Assembly: GCA_964564245.1 (NCBI GenBank)
Contig: CAZMAK010000002.1
Coordinates: forward strand, 21,028-85,027
Length of the DNA stretch: 64,000 nt
Direction of reading: 5' to 3'
Origin: an uncultured Ectothiorhodospiraceae bacterium
GTDB taxonomy: Bacteria; Pseudomonadota; Gammaproteobacteria; UBA9214
Shown here: positions 10,830-21,374 of the stretch, piece by piece
How the letters are laid out: every line of letters begins with the position of its first letter
How positions within the stretch are numbered: position 1 is the stretch's first letter
Notes under the pieces: model-generated
What the model saw: the letters and a program-made list of their open reading frames with translations, nothing else
What the model was told of the DNA's origin: nothing
Databases searched by the model: none
Translations under genes and position numbers: made by a program

Positions 10830-11066
10830 ATGAGTACGATTGATGAACGCGTCAAGAAGATTGTCGTCGAACAACTGGGGGTCAAGGAAGAGGAAGTGAA
10901 TGTCAGCTCTTCTTTCGTTGATGATCTTGGCGCAGATTCTCTGGATACTGTCGAACTGGTTATGGCGCTGGAAGAGGAATTCGAGTGCGAGATTCCCGAC
11001 GAAGAGGCCGAGAAGATCACGACGGTTCAGCAGGCGATCGACTACGTCAACGCACATCTGGGTTAG
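10830..11066 (+). CDS. acpP: Acyl carrier protein
   Basis: [20 protein letters not shown] phosphopantetheine attachment site. Confidence 0.95.
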   Translation: MSTIDERVKKIVVEQLGVKEEEVNVSSSFVDDLGADSLDTVELVMALEEEFECEIPDEEAEKITTVQQAIDYVNAHLG

Positions 11067-11084
11067 TAACAATCATTGGGTTTT

Positions 11085-11123
11085 CCGGCCGCGCCATAAT
11101 CACGGGTGCGGCCTTTTGTTTTC
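11085..11123 (+). terminator. Rho-independent (attenuating) terminator after acpP
   Basis: GC-rich imperfect hairpin CGGCCGCGCC...GGTGCGGCC followed by TTTTGTTTT. Confidence 0.5.
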
Positions 11124-11163
11124 AGTAATGGTTCCAACGGAGTAGCTTGCGGGGGATCCCGAA

Positions 11164-12408
11164 TTGTCCAGAAGACGTGTGGTGGTGACCGGCCTGGGTG
11201 TGGTGTCCCCTGTTGGTAACAACGTAGCGACGGCCTGGGATAATATCTGCGCAGGCAAGAGCGGCATTGGCCCGATTGCCAACTTCGACATCAGGGAATT
11301 CCCGGTCCGGTTCGGCGGCGAGGTGCGTGACTTCGATGCCACGGAATACATCAACGGCAAGGACGCGCGCCGCATGGGTGCGTTTATCCATTACGGAATC
11401 GCCGCCGCCAGCCAGGCGATTGCCGATTCCGGCATCGAGATCACCGATGCGAACGCGGCGCGTGCCGGCGTTGCGATCGGCTCGGGAATCGGCGGGCTGC
11501 ACGGGATCGAACTCGCCTACCAGAATTTCCTGGACGGCGGGCCGCGCAAGATCTCGCCGTTCTTCGTGCCGGGCAACATCATCAACATGATCGCCGGAAA
11601 TCTTTCCATCATGTACGGCATGAAAGGGCCGAACATCGCGATTGTTACCGCCTGTACCACGTCCACGCACAACATCGGCGTGGCGGCGCGCACCATCGCC
11701 TATGGCGACGCGGAAATCATGGTCGCCGGCGGCGCGGAGATGACGACCTGCCCGACCGGCATCGGTGGCTTTGCAGCCGCCCGGGCACTCTCGACGCGCA
11801 ATGATGACCCGGCCCGGGCCAGCCGCCCCTGGGATGCCGACCGGGACGGATTTGTCCTGAGCGACGGTGCGGGGATCCTGGTGCTGGAGGAGTACGACTA
11901 CGCCCGCAAGCGCGGGGCGAATATCTACTGCGAGATCGTCGGGTTCGGCATGAGTGGCGACGCCTTCCACATGACACAGCCCTCCGAAGGCGGCGAGGGG
12001 CCGGCGCAATGCATGGATTCGGCACTGCGGGATGCCGGTCTGGACCATACCGCGATCGATTACGTCAACGCCCACGGGACTTCCACCCCGGCCGGCGATG
12101 TGGCCGAGACGCTGGCCATCAAGCGTTCGTTCGGTGATTACGCCGGGAAGGTCGCCGTCAGTTCCACCAAGTCCATGACCGGTCACCTGCTGGGTGCGGC
12201 CGGCGGCATCGAGGCAGTGTTTACCACGCTGGCCCTGCGCGACCAGGTCGCACCGCCCACCATCAATCTCGAGAATCCGGATCCGCAATGCGATCTCGAC
12301 TACGTACCGAATACGGCGCGGGACATGAAGATCGATGTCGCGATGTCCAACTCGTTCGGGTTTGGCGGGACCAACGGAACCCTGATATTCCGCCGCCTCG
12401 GTCACTGA
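11164..12408 (+). CDS. fabF: 3-oxoacyl-ACP synthase II
   Basis: [19 protein letters not shown], catalytic Cys motif VTACTTSTH. Confidence 0.9.
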   Translation: MSRRRVVVTGLGVVSPVGNNVATAWDNICAGKSGIGPIANFDIREFPVRFGGEVRDFDATEYINGKDARRMGAFIHYGIAAASQAIADSGIEITDANAARAGVAIGSGIGGLHGIELAYQNFLDGGPRKISPFFVPGNIINMIAGNLSIMYGMKGPNIAIVTACTTSTHNIGVAARTIAYGDAEIMVAGGAEMTTCPTGIGGFAAARALSTRNDDPARASRPWDADRDGFVLSDGAGILVLEEYDYARKRGANIYCEIVGFGMSGDAFHMTQPSEGGEGPAQCMDSALRDAGLDHTAIDYVNAHGTSTPAGDVAETLAIKRSFGDYAGKVAVSSTKSMTGHLLGAAGGIEAVFTTLALRDQVAPPTINLENPDPQCDLDYVPNTARDMKIDVAMSNSFGFGGTNGTLIFRRLGH

Positions 12409-12537
12409 GTGTAACCGGGCAGGGCATGGGCACTCGCCGGCTGCGCCGCAGCGACTGTTCCGGAACGCATCACAGCACGCCAGCGGGAACTCCCTTGCGG
12501 GCATTACCGGTTTCTGAACCGCGGAGCCGTTTCACCG

Positions 12538-13890
12538 ATGACGGTCATCGTCAGGGAATTCAACAGTCCGGTCGATCTGCTTGCGCTGCACCGCTTTCGC
12601 CCGTCCCGTTATCCGCACCTGTTGCAGAGCCCGGCACACGACCGCCATGACCTGCTGTTTGCCTGTCCGGGCGAGACCCTGGTACTGGATGCCTCCGGTA
12701 CCCTGCAGGGGCCGCACGCACGCGCGGACGGGGATTTCCTGCGCAGTCTCGATGACTGGTTCCGTGCAGGCGCTGTCGAAGCGGGCCACGGGACACTGCC
12801 GTTCAGCGGTGGCTGGTTTGTCTACCTGGGGTATGAACTGGCCGGCCAGGTCGAGCCCGGGCTGGAGCTGCCGCGCGCCAGCGGGGTGTTGCCGGATGCC
12901 TTTGCCATGCGCTTTCCGGCGGCGGTGCTGCGTGATCGCCACACGGGCGTCACCCGGGTCGTCGCCGAACGGGATCGTCCGGAGCTGCTGGAACGGATTG
13001 TCGAAGACATCAACCGGCAGCCGGCATGCCCTGCCATGCACCCGGTGCAGGCCGGTATCGGGGAGATCCGGGAGGAACCGCCACAGCGTTTCCTGGATGC
13101 GGTCGCACGCATTCATCACTACATCGTCGAGGGCGACGTTTTCCAGGTGAACCTGTCGCGGAACTGGAATATCCAGCTGCAGCAGGCGGCGGATCCGGCC
13201 GGTCTGTACAACGCACTCCGTGTCCATAACCCGGCGCCGTTCGCAGGCCTGGCCACCTGGCAGGATGCCGCAATCATCAGTTCCTCGCCGGAACGGCTGG
13301 TAGCGGTCCGCGACCGGCTGGTGGAGACCCGCCCGATCGCGGGTACCCGCCCGCGTTCACCGGCCGCGGGGACGGACCGGGCGTATTCCGAAGAGCTGAT
13401 GGCCAGTCCCAAGGAGCGTGCCGAGCACATCATGCTGATCGACCTCGAGCGCAACGACCTGGGCAGGATCTGTGTGCCGGGGACGATCGAGGTCAATGAA
13501 CTGATGGTCCTGGAATCGTATGCCCATGTTCACCACATCGTTTCCAATGTGCGCGGCAGGCTGCGCGACCGCATCGCGCCGGGCGAGGTGCTGCGCGCGA
13601 TGTTCCCGGGCGGTACGATCACCGGGTGCCCCAAGGTACGCTGCATGGAAATCATCGCCGAACTGGAACGCCAGCCGCGTGGTGCCTATACCGGCTCCAT
13701 GGGGTACCTCGACCGTAACGGAAACCTGGACATGAATATCCTGATTCGAACCATGGTGAGCCATGGCCGGGAACTGCAGCTGCGCGCCGGCGCCGGTATC
13801 GTCGCGGACTCGGAGGCGGGCGCGGAATTGCAGGAGACCCGCGCCAAGGCGCGCGGACTGCTGCGGGCGCTGGGGCTGGATGCGGCATGA
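12538..13890 (+). CDS. pabB: Aminodeoxychorismate synthase component I
   Basis: Chorismate-binding C-terminal domain (PIAGTRPR, SMGYLDRNGNLDMNILIRT); followed by pabC with ATGA overlap. Confidence 0.8.
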   Translation: MTVIVREFNSPVDLLALHRFRPSRYPHLLQSPAHDRHDLLFACPGETLVLDASGTLQGPHARADGDFLRSLDDWFRAGAVEAGHGTLPFSGGWFVYLGYELAGQVEPGLELPRASGVLPDAFAMRFPAAVLRDRHTGVTRVVAERDRPELLERIVEDINRQPACPAMHPVQAGIGEIREEPPQRFLDAVARIHHYIVEGDVFQVNLSRNWNIQLQQAADPAGLYNALRVHNPAPFAGLATWQDAAIISSSPERLVAVRDRLVETRPIAGTRPRSPAAGTDRAYSEELMASPKERAEHIMLIDLERNDLGRICVPGTIEVNELMVLESYAHVHHIVSNVRGRLRDRIAPGEVLRAMFPGGTITGCPKVRCMEIIAELERQPRGAYTGSMGYLDRNGNLDMNILIRTMVSHGRELQLRAGAGIVADSEAGAELQETRAKARGLLRALGLDAA

Positions 13891-14723
13891 ATACGACGGT
13901 CCTGAAAGTCCGGGTCAATGGACGGCCGCAGGACTCGGTCAGCACCCTGGAGCGCGGGCTGTTGTACGGTGACGGGCTGTTCGAGACGATCGCCGTACGG
14001 GACGGCAGGGCGCAACGCTGGGAGCGGCACATGGAACGCCTGCGCAGCGGCTGTGAACGGCTGGGTATCGTTCCCGTCGCGCCCGCACTGCTGGAGCGCG
14101 AGGTACAATCCCTGTGCAGCGGTGTGCCGCAGGCGGTACTCAAGATCATCATCAGCCGCGGTTGCGGCGGGCGCGGGTACCGGCCTGCGGTGGCCGGCGC
14201 CCCGACGCGGATCATCCAGCTGCACCCCTGGCCGGATGATCCGCCACACCTTGCGCGTGACGGGGTTGCCGTGCGCTGTTGCCGGTTACGGCTGGGACAG
14301 AATCCCGCGCTGGCCGGCATCAAGCACCTCAACCGCCTCGAGCAGGTGCTGGCACGTGCCGAATGGGATGACGCGGGCATTCCGGAAGGACTGCTGCTGG
14401 ATCGTCAGGACCGTCTGATCGAAGGTACCATGAGCAATGTCTTCCTGGTGCTGGGCGGGAGGCTGGTGACTCCGGATCTCTCGCAATGCGGGGTCGCCGG
14501 GGTGATGCGTGCGGAGTTGCTGGGGCTGGCGGCGGATACCGGTATCCATACCGAGGTACGGGCCGTTCCGGTTGCCGAGCTGTTCGACGCAGAAGAGGCG
14601 TTCCTGTGCAACAGTATCATCGGCATCTGGCCGGTATCATCGGTTGACGGACACCGGATCGCTTCTGGTAAGGTAGCCGGCAGGCTGCAGCAGCTCCTGC
14701 AGTCACATTCGCGACCATCCTGA
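13887..14723 (+). CDS. pabC: Aminodeoxychorismate lyase (class IV aminotransferase fold)
   Basis: LLYGDGLFETIAVRDG, class IV fold; synteny with mltG. Confidence 0.75.
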   Translation: MNTTVLKVRVNGRPQDSVSTLERGLLYGDGLFETIAVRDGRAQRWERHMERLRSGCERLGIVPVAPALLEREVQSLCSGVPQAVLKIIISRGCGGRGYRPAVAGAPTRIIQLHPWPDDPPHLARDGVAVRCCRLRLGQNPALAGIKHLNRLEQVLARAEWDDAGIPEGLLLDRQDRLIEGTMSNVFLVLGGRLVTPDLSQCGVAGVMRAELLGLAADTGIHTEVRAVPVAELFDAEEAFLCNSIIGIWPVSSVDGHRIASGKVAGRLQQLLQSHSRPS

Positions 14724-14728
14724 GGAAG

Positions 14729-16461
<1,733 letters not shown>

Positions 16462-16500
16462 GCGGTTGCGTTATCCTGTGATCCGTTATCGGGGGAGTGC

Positions 16501-17493
16501 ATGGACAAGCGGTATCCCTGGCTGAGCAGCAGTCTTGACGTACTGGGCGAGCGATTCGTGCGTGGTGGCATGCCGCACGGATTGCTGATTTCCGGCCAGC
16601 CCGGCCTGGGCAAGAGCTGGCTGGCCTTGCAGCTGGCCGGCCTGGTGCTGTGCGAACGGCACCGGTCCGATCCTGCCCCGTGCGGGCAGTGCGAGGGGTG
16701 CCGGATGTTTGCCGCCGGCGCCCACCCGGACTTTCTCCTTGTCACGCGGGAAACCGACGAAAAGACCGGCAAGCAGGCGTCCTCGATCAAGGTCGACCAG
16801 ATCCGTGAGCTGGCCGGGAAACTGGCATTGTCCAGTCATCGTACCGGCTACAAGGTCGCGGTGCTGAACCCGGCCGAGTCGATGAATCTCAATGCCGCCA
16901 ACAGCTTGCTAAAGACGCTGGAAGAACCGACCGATAACACGGTACTGGTACTGGTCTGCACCAGTCCGGCACGCCTGCCGGCCACGATCCGCAGCCGCTG
17001 TCAGCAGCTGCGGGTTTCCGCGCCGGAACCGACACTGGCGGCGGACTGGCTGGCCGGGCAGATGCCCGGTGTGGATGCCGGTCTGTACCTGCAACTGGCA
17101 GGCGGGGCCCCGCTGGAGGCGCTGCGGCTGGCGGCAGGACAAACCGTCGAGGCCCGTCTCCGGCAGTTCCGCGCGCTGGTTGACGTGCTTGATGGCAAGG
17201 GTGACCCGCTGGGGCTCGCAACGGACTGGGGGCAGGACGAGCAACTGCAGGCCATCCGGTGGTTCCGCGACTGGCTGATGGACCTGTTGCGCATTCGCCT
17301 GGGCGGCGGTGCCGACTCGGTCCGCAACGTGGATCTGAAAGACGGGCTGTTACGACTGGCGCCCCGTCTCGTTGCACGGGATCTGTTCCGGCAGCTCGAA
17401 CGGATCAACCAGGGGCTGCGGATCGCTGACGGGGTGCTGAACCGCCAGCTGATGGCCGAGGAGATCGTGCTGTCCTGGGCCGGCATGAGGTAG
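16501..17493 (+). CDS. holB: DNA polymerase III delta-prime subunit
   Basis: HGLLISGQPGLGKS, zinc module CGQCEGC. Confidence 0.85.
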   Translation: MDKRYPWLSSSLDVLGERFVRGGMPHGLLISGQPGLGKSWLALQLAGLVLCERHRSDPAPCGQCEGCRMFAAGAHPDFLLVTRETDEKTGKQASSIKVDQIRELAGKLALSSHRTGYKVAVLNPAESMNLNAANSLLKTLEEPTDNTVLVLVCTSPARLPATIRSRCQQLRVSAPEPTLAADWLAGQMPGVDAGLYLQLAGGAPLEALRLAAGQTVEARLRQFRALVDVLDGKGDPLGLATDWGQDEQLQAIRWFRDWLMDLLRIRLGGGADSVRNVDLKDGLLRLAPRLVARDLFRQLERINQGLRIADGVLNRQLMAEEIVLSWAGMR

Positions 17494-17510
17494 ATCAAGG
17501 GGAACGTAAT

Positions 17511-17870
17511 ATGTCCATCATCAACAATGCAGCTCCGCGACAGGGAATCCTGTCACTAACCATCAAGGACAAGAGCGCGCTGTATGCCGCCTACATGCCG
17601 TTCATCAAGGGCGGCGGACTGTTCATCCCCACCAAGAAGGAATACAAGATCGGCGAGGAAGTGTTCATGCTGCTGTCGCTGATGGATGATCCGGAGAAGC
17701 TGCCGGTCGCCGGCAGGATCGTCTGGGTCACACCGGCCGGTGCACAGGGTAACCGTGCCGCCGGAATCGGTGTCCAGTTCAGCAGCCAGGATGACGGGGC
17801 GGCACGCAACAAGATTGAAGGGTATCTGGCCGGCGCCCTCGACAGCGAGCGTCCCACGCACACCATGTAG
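17511..17870 (+). CDS. pilZ: Type IV pilus assembly protein PilZ
   Basis: Near-identical motifs to P. aeruginosa PilZ (LSLTIKDKS.LYAAYMPF, AGIGVQF, RNKIE.YLAGALDS.RPTHTM); holB-pilZ-tatD synteny. Confidence 0.9.
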   Translation: MSIINNAAPRQGILSLTIKDKSALYAAYMPFIKGGGLFIPTKKEYKIGEEVFMLLSLMDDPEKLPVAGRIVWVTPAGAQGNRAAGIGVQFSSQDDGAARNKIEGYLAGALDSERPTHTM

Positions 17871-18089
17871 ACGGTATCTGCTGCGTCAGCCGCTCCCGGT
17901 TGCTGGCGCTCCCGAACCCGCACGGCCCCGGCAAACGGGCCGGGTCAGTCTGTTTCCGGACCTGCAGATAGCGGATCGCCCGGTGCCCGATGTGCCGGCG
18001 CCGGGTGACAGCCTGTTCCTGTATCCCGCGGGTTTCCCTGCCCGGTCAAACCTTCTATCATGCGGAAGGCAACCGCTACAGGACCCCCG

Positions 18090-18872
18090 ATGCTTGTCGA
18101 CTCCCACTGCCACCTCGATATGCTCGACCTCGCCCCGTTCGGTGGCCATATCGAAGGCGTGCTGGCCAGCGCCGCGCAGAACGAAGTGGGTCATTTCCTG
18201 TGCGTCTCCATCAATATGGAGGATTTCCCGGCAATGCTGCGGATTGCCGAGGCACACGCCAGCGTGGTGGCCTCGGTCGGACTGCATCCCAACGAGCGCG
18301 GCGGTCATGAACCGACGGTCGAGGAACTGGTCGGGCTGTCCCGGCACCCGAAGATCGTTGCGATCGGCGAAACCGGGCTGGACTATTTTCGCAGCGAGGG
18401 GGATCTGGAATGGCAACGGGAACGGTTCCGGCGCCACATCGCGGCGGCCAGGCGTTGCGGCAAACCGCTCATCATCCACTCGCGTGATGCCCGCGAAGAC
18501 ACGCTGGCGATCCTGGAACAGGAAGGGGCGGGCGAGGTCGGCGGCGTGATGCACTGCTTCACCGGTGACTGGGCCATGGCGCAGGCGGCCATGGCGCTGA
18601 ACTTCCACATCTCGTTTTCCGGGATCGTGACCTTCCGGACCGCCACGGAACTGCAGGAAGTGGCGCTGAAGATGCCGCTGGAGCGGATGCTGGTGGAGAC
18701 CGACTGCCCGTACCTCGCACCCGTACCGCACCGCGGGCGGCCCAACCAGCCGGCATACGTGCGACATACCGCCGAGTTCGTTGCCGCGCTGCGGGGCGAA
18801 CCGTTCGAAACCATCGCCGTGGCCACGACCGAAAATTACCGCAGGCTGTTCGAGCCGGGATTGTCCACGTGA
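18090..18872 (+). CDS. TatD-family metal-dependent hydrolase (YcfH-like). The ORF track starts at 18060; ATG 18090 is preferred.
   Basis: MLVDSHCHLD N-terminus, TatD His motifs. Confidence 0.85.
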   Translation: MLVDSHCHLDMLDLAPFGGHIEGVLASAAQNEVGHFLCVSINMEDFPAMLRIAEAHASVVASVGLHPNERGGHEPTVEELVGLSRHPKIVAIGETGLDYFRSEGDLEWQRERFRRHIAAARRCGKPLIIHSRDAREDTLAILEQEGAGEVGGVMHCFTGDWAMAQAAMALNFHISFSGIVTFRTATELQEVALKMPLERMLVETDCPYLAPVPHRGRPNQPAYVRHTAEFVAALRGEPFETIAVATTENYRRLFEPGLST

Positions 18873-19129
18873 AGAAACTCCGGCACGAGGCGGAACTGGT
18901 CAAGGAGGCGATCCGGGCCGGCGTCGAGTACGGCGAACAGCGGGGTGTGGTCAGGTTCGAGCCGACCGATTCGCAGCATGAGAAGATCGAGTACATCTAC
19001 CGCCTGCTGGTGCACGACAAGGTGATTGCACCGATGCCGGAGGAGCAGGTATCCCAGCAGAGCATGCGCCACCGGCTGGCGATGTGGATCGCCAGGCAAC
19101 TGCCGAAAGACCACCCGTTGCTGAAGTGA
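18869..19129 (+). CDS. Hypothetical 86-aa protein, translationally coupled to tatD (start overlaps the tatD stop)
   Basis: ORF in an otherwise empty gap; charged, not repetitive; I recognise no family. Confidence 0.4.
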   Translation: MKKLRHEAELVKEAIRAGVEYGEQRGVVRFEPTDSQHEKIEYIYRLLVHDKVIAPMPEEQVSQQSMRHRLAMWIARQLPKDHPLLK

Positions 19130-19143
19130 ATCGTGTTGCCCGG

Positions 19144-19527
19144 TCAGGGCAGGGGACGGGGTTTGCGATCCGCACCCACGGCCACGTAGGTCAGGTCGGC
19201 CTGGGTGACCAGCAGCATTTCATGACCTTCCCGCGGCCGTTCCGCGTAGGCCTTTACGTTGACGGTGAGCGATGTCTTGCCGGTGCGGGTGATCTCGGCG
19301 TAACAGCTGATGAGGTCACCGACAAACACCGGTTGCCTGAACTCGAAGGAATTGACGGCCACGGTCACCACGCGTCCGCCCGCGCGGCGGCATGCCACGA
19401 CACTGCCGGCGATATCCACCTGTGACATCAGCCAGCCTCCGAAGATATCGCCGGCGGCATTGGCATCCGACGGCATGGCCATCACGCGTATGGCCGGCGT
19501 GCCGGACGGTGGCCGGTTGTCACTCAT
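19144..19527 (-). CDS. Acyl-CoA thioesterase (hotdog fold, YciA-like)
   Basis: DIFGGWLMSQVDIAG...ITRTGKTSL hotdog thioesterase motifs. Confidence 0.8.
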   Translation of the reverse strand: MSDNRPPSGTPAIRVMAMPSDANAAGDIFGGWLMSQVDIAGSVVACRRAGGRVVTVAVNSFEFRQPVFVGDLISCYAEITRTGKTSLTVNVKAYAERPREGHEMLLVTQADLTYVAVGADRKPRPLP

Positions 19528-19530
19528 GTG

Positions 19531-21339
19531 TCAGTGCCCCTCGTACATCCGCTCGATGCGGTCGGCGAATTCTTCCAGGATACGCCGGCGCTTCAGCTTC
19601 ATGGTCGGTGTGATCATGCCGTTGTCCACGGTCCAGGCCTTCAGTGTGCAACTGATCGCGTGAATACGGGCATAGCCGGGAAATGCGGACAACAAACCCT
19701 GCAGCCGTTCCTTGACGTGGTTGCAGAGGCTTTCGTTGCCCAGTGAGGCCGGGTCGTCGGCATCCAGGCCGAGCGTGCCGGCCACCCGTTTCCATTGTTC
19801 CGGCTCCAGTACGATCACGGCCGACAGGTACGGACGGTTGTCGCCGATGACCATGACCTGCTCGAACAGCGGGTCCAGCGCAATGGCCATCTCCAGATCG
19901 GCCGGCGGAACCTTCTCGCCGTTGGCCAGTACGATGATCTCCTTCAGGCGCCCGGTAATATAGACGTGGTTGTTCACGATCGATGCCTTGTCGCCGGTGT
20001 GGAACCAGCCGTCGGCATCGATCACCTGGCGGGTGGCCTCCTCGTTGCCCCAGTAACCCAGCATGATGCCAGGGCCGCGCGCCAGCAGTTCCTCCTGCTC
20101 ACCGACCTTCAGTTCCAGGCCGCGTAACGGCACGCCGACACTGGCCGGTTCGTTATCATCGATCGGGTTGGCGGTCAGGATCGGGCTGGTCTCGGTGAGC
20201 CCGTAGCCCTGGACCAGGTTCAGACCCAGTCCGATGAATACGCGGGCGATGGGTGTGGGCAGCGGCGCGCCGCCGGAGGCGGCCATGCGCATGCGCCCGC
20301 CCAGCCGCGCCATGATCTTGCCGGCCACCAGCCTGTCCAGCAATGGCCAGAACAGGAATGAGAAATGCCAGCCGGTGCGACGTTGCCGGTATTCAAAACG
20401 GGTCCAGCCGACATTGACCGCGGTATCGAACAGCCAGGTGGCGAGCGGGGATTTCTCTGCCAGCCCGGCACGGATCCGGTTGTAGACGCGTTCGTAGATG
20501 CGCGGTACCGAGATCATGAGGGTGGGACGTATCGTTTGCAGGTCCTCGCCCAGGTCGGGTATCGAACGCGCGTAGGCGACCCTGGCCCCGGCCATCATGG
20601 GGATGTAGTAGCCGACGGTGCGCTCGAAGGTGTGTGACAGCGGCAGAAACGACAGCAACAGGTCGTCAGGATACATCTGCACGATCTCCAGCGCGCCGTC
20701 GCTGTTGGTCAGGATGTTCCAGTGGCTCAGCATCACCCCCTTGGGTTTGCCGGTCGTGCCCGAGGTGTAGACGATGGTTGCCAGGGCGTGCGGGTCGCTG
20801 TCCTCCTCCCGCAGTTCGCCGCTTTCGTGTCCGGACAGCCAGTCGTCGATGTGCCGCACACGCTGTTCACCGCCCGGAACCGGTACCGGTTCAAGCGTCA
20901 GGATACGCGCCAGTCCGCCGAGTTCGTCGAGTACGCCATGGATACCGTTCCATTGCTGCTCGCCCTGCAGCAGCAGCAGTTTGCAGCCGGCATTGTTGAG
21001 GATGTAGGCGATATTGTCCGGGCGGTCATCGGTATACAGGGGGACGACGACCAGTCCGCAGCCCAGTGCGGCCTGGTCGAACAGGACCCATTCGCGGCAG
21101 TTGCGTAACAGGATGGCAACCCGGTCGCCGGGCCGGAAATTTTCCGCAGACAGCGCAGACTGCCAGCGCGACACGTCCCGTCCCGTTTTGGCCCAGCTGT
21201 AGTCGTGCCAGGCATCGTCGACCGGGTTGTATTGCCGGTAGGCGACAAGATCCGGTGTCGTTCTTACGCGTTCACGGAACAGACCGGCCAGTGTTTTCGC
21301 AGCCGCTGCCGGAATGGCACTCTCTGGCTTGTCCTGCAT
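19531..21339 (-). CDS. fadD: Long-chain fatty acid-CoA ligase (AMP-dependent synthetase). The ORF-track N-terminus is an extension; start set at MQDKPES.
   Basis: AMP-binding motif YTSGTTGKPKGVML, C-terminal TPTMKLKRR. Confidence 0.85.
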   Translation of the reverse strand: MQDKPESAIPAAAAKTLAGLFRERVRTTPDLVAYRQYNPVDDAWHDYSWAKTGRDVSRWQSALSAENFRPGDRVAILLRNCREWVLFDQAALGCGLVVVPLYTDDRPDNIAYILNNAGCKLLLLQGEQQWNGIHGVLDELGGLARILTLEPVPVPGGEQRVRHIDDWLSGHESGELREEDSDPHALATIVYTSGTTGKPKGVMLSHWNILTNSDGALEIVQMYPDDLLLSFLPLSHTFERTVGYYIPMMAGARVAYARSIPDLGEDLQTIRPTLMISVPRIYERVYNRIRAGLAEKSPLATWLFDTAVNVGWTRFEYRQRRTGWHFSFLFWPLLDRLVAGKIMARLGGRMRMAASGGAPLPTPIARVFIGLGLNLVQGYGLTETSPILTANPIDDNEPASVGVPLRGLELKVGEQEELLARGPGIMLGYWGNEEATRQVIDADGWFHTGDKASIVNNHVYITGRLKEIIVLANGEKVPPADLEMAIALDPLFEQVMVIGDNRPYLSAVIVLEPEQWKRVAGTLGLDADDPASLGNESLCNHVKERLQGLLSAFPGYARIHAISCTLKAWTVDNGMITPTMKLKRRRILEEFADRIERMYEGH

Positions 21340-21374
21340 GTGCTCCCCCCAGGCAATGGATGCTGAATATTTCC

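Noticed and set aside
11122-12504. 460-aa minus-strand ORF
   Set aside because: Antisense to fabF, which shows unmistakable KAS II motifs on the plus strand.
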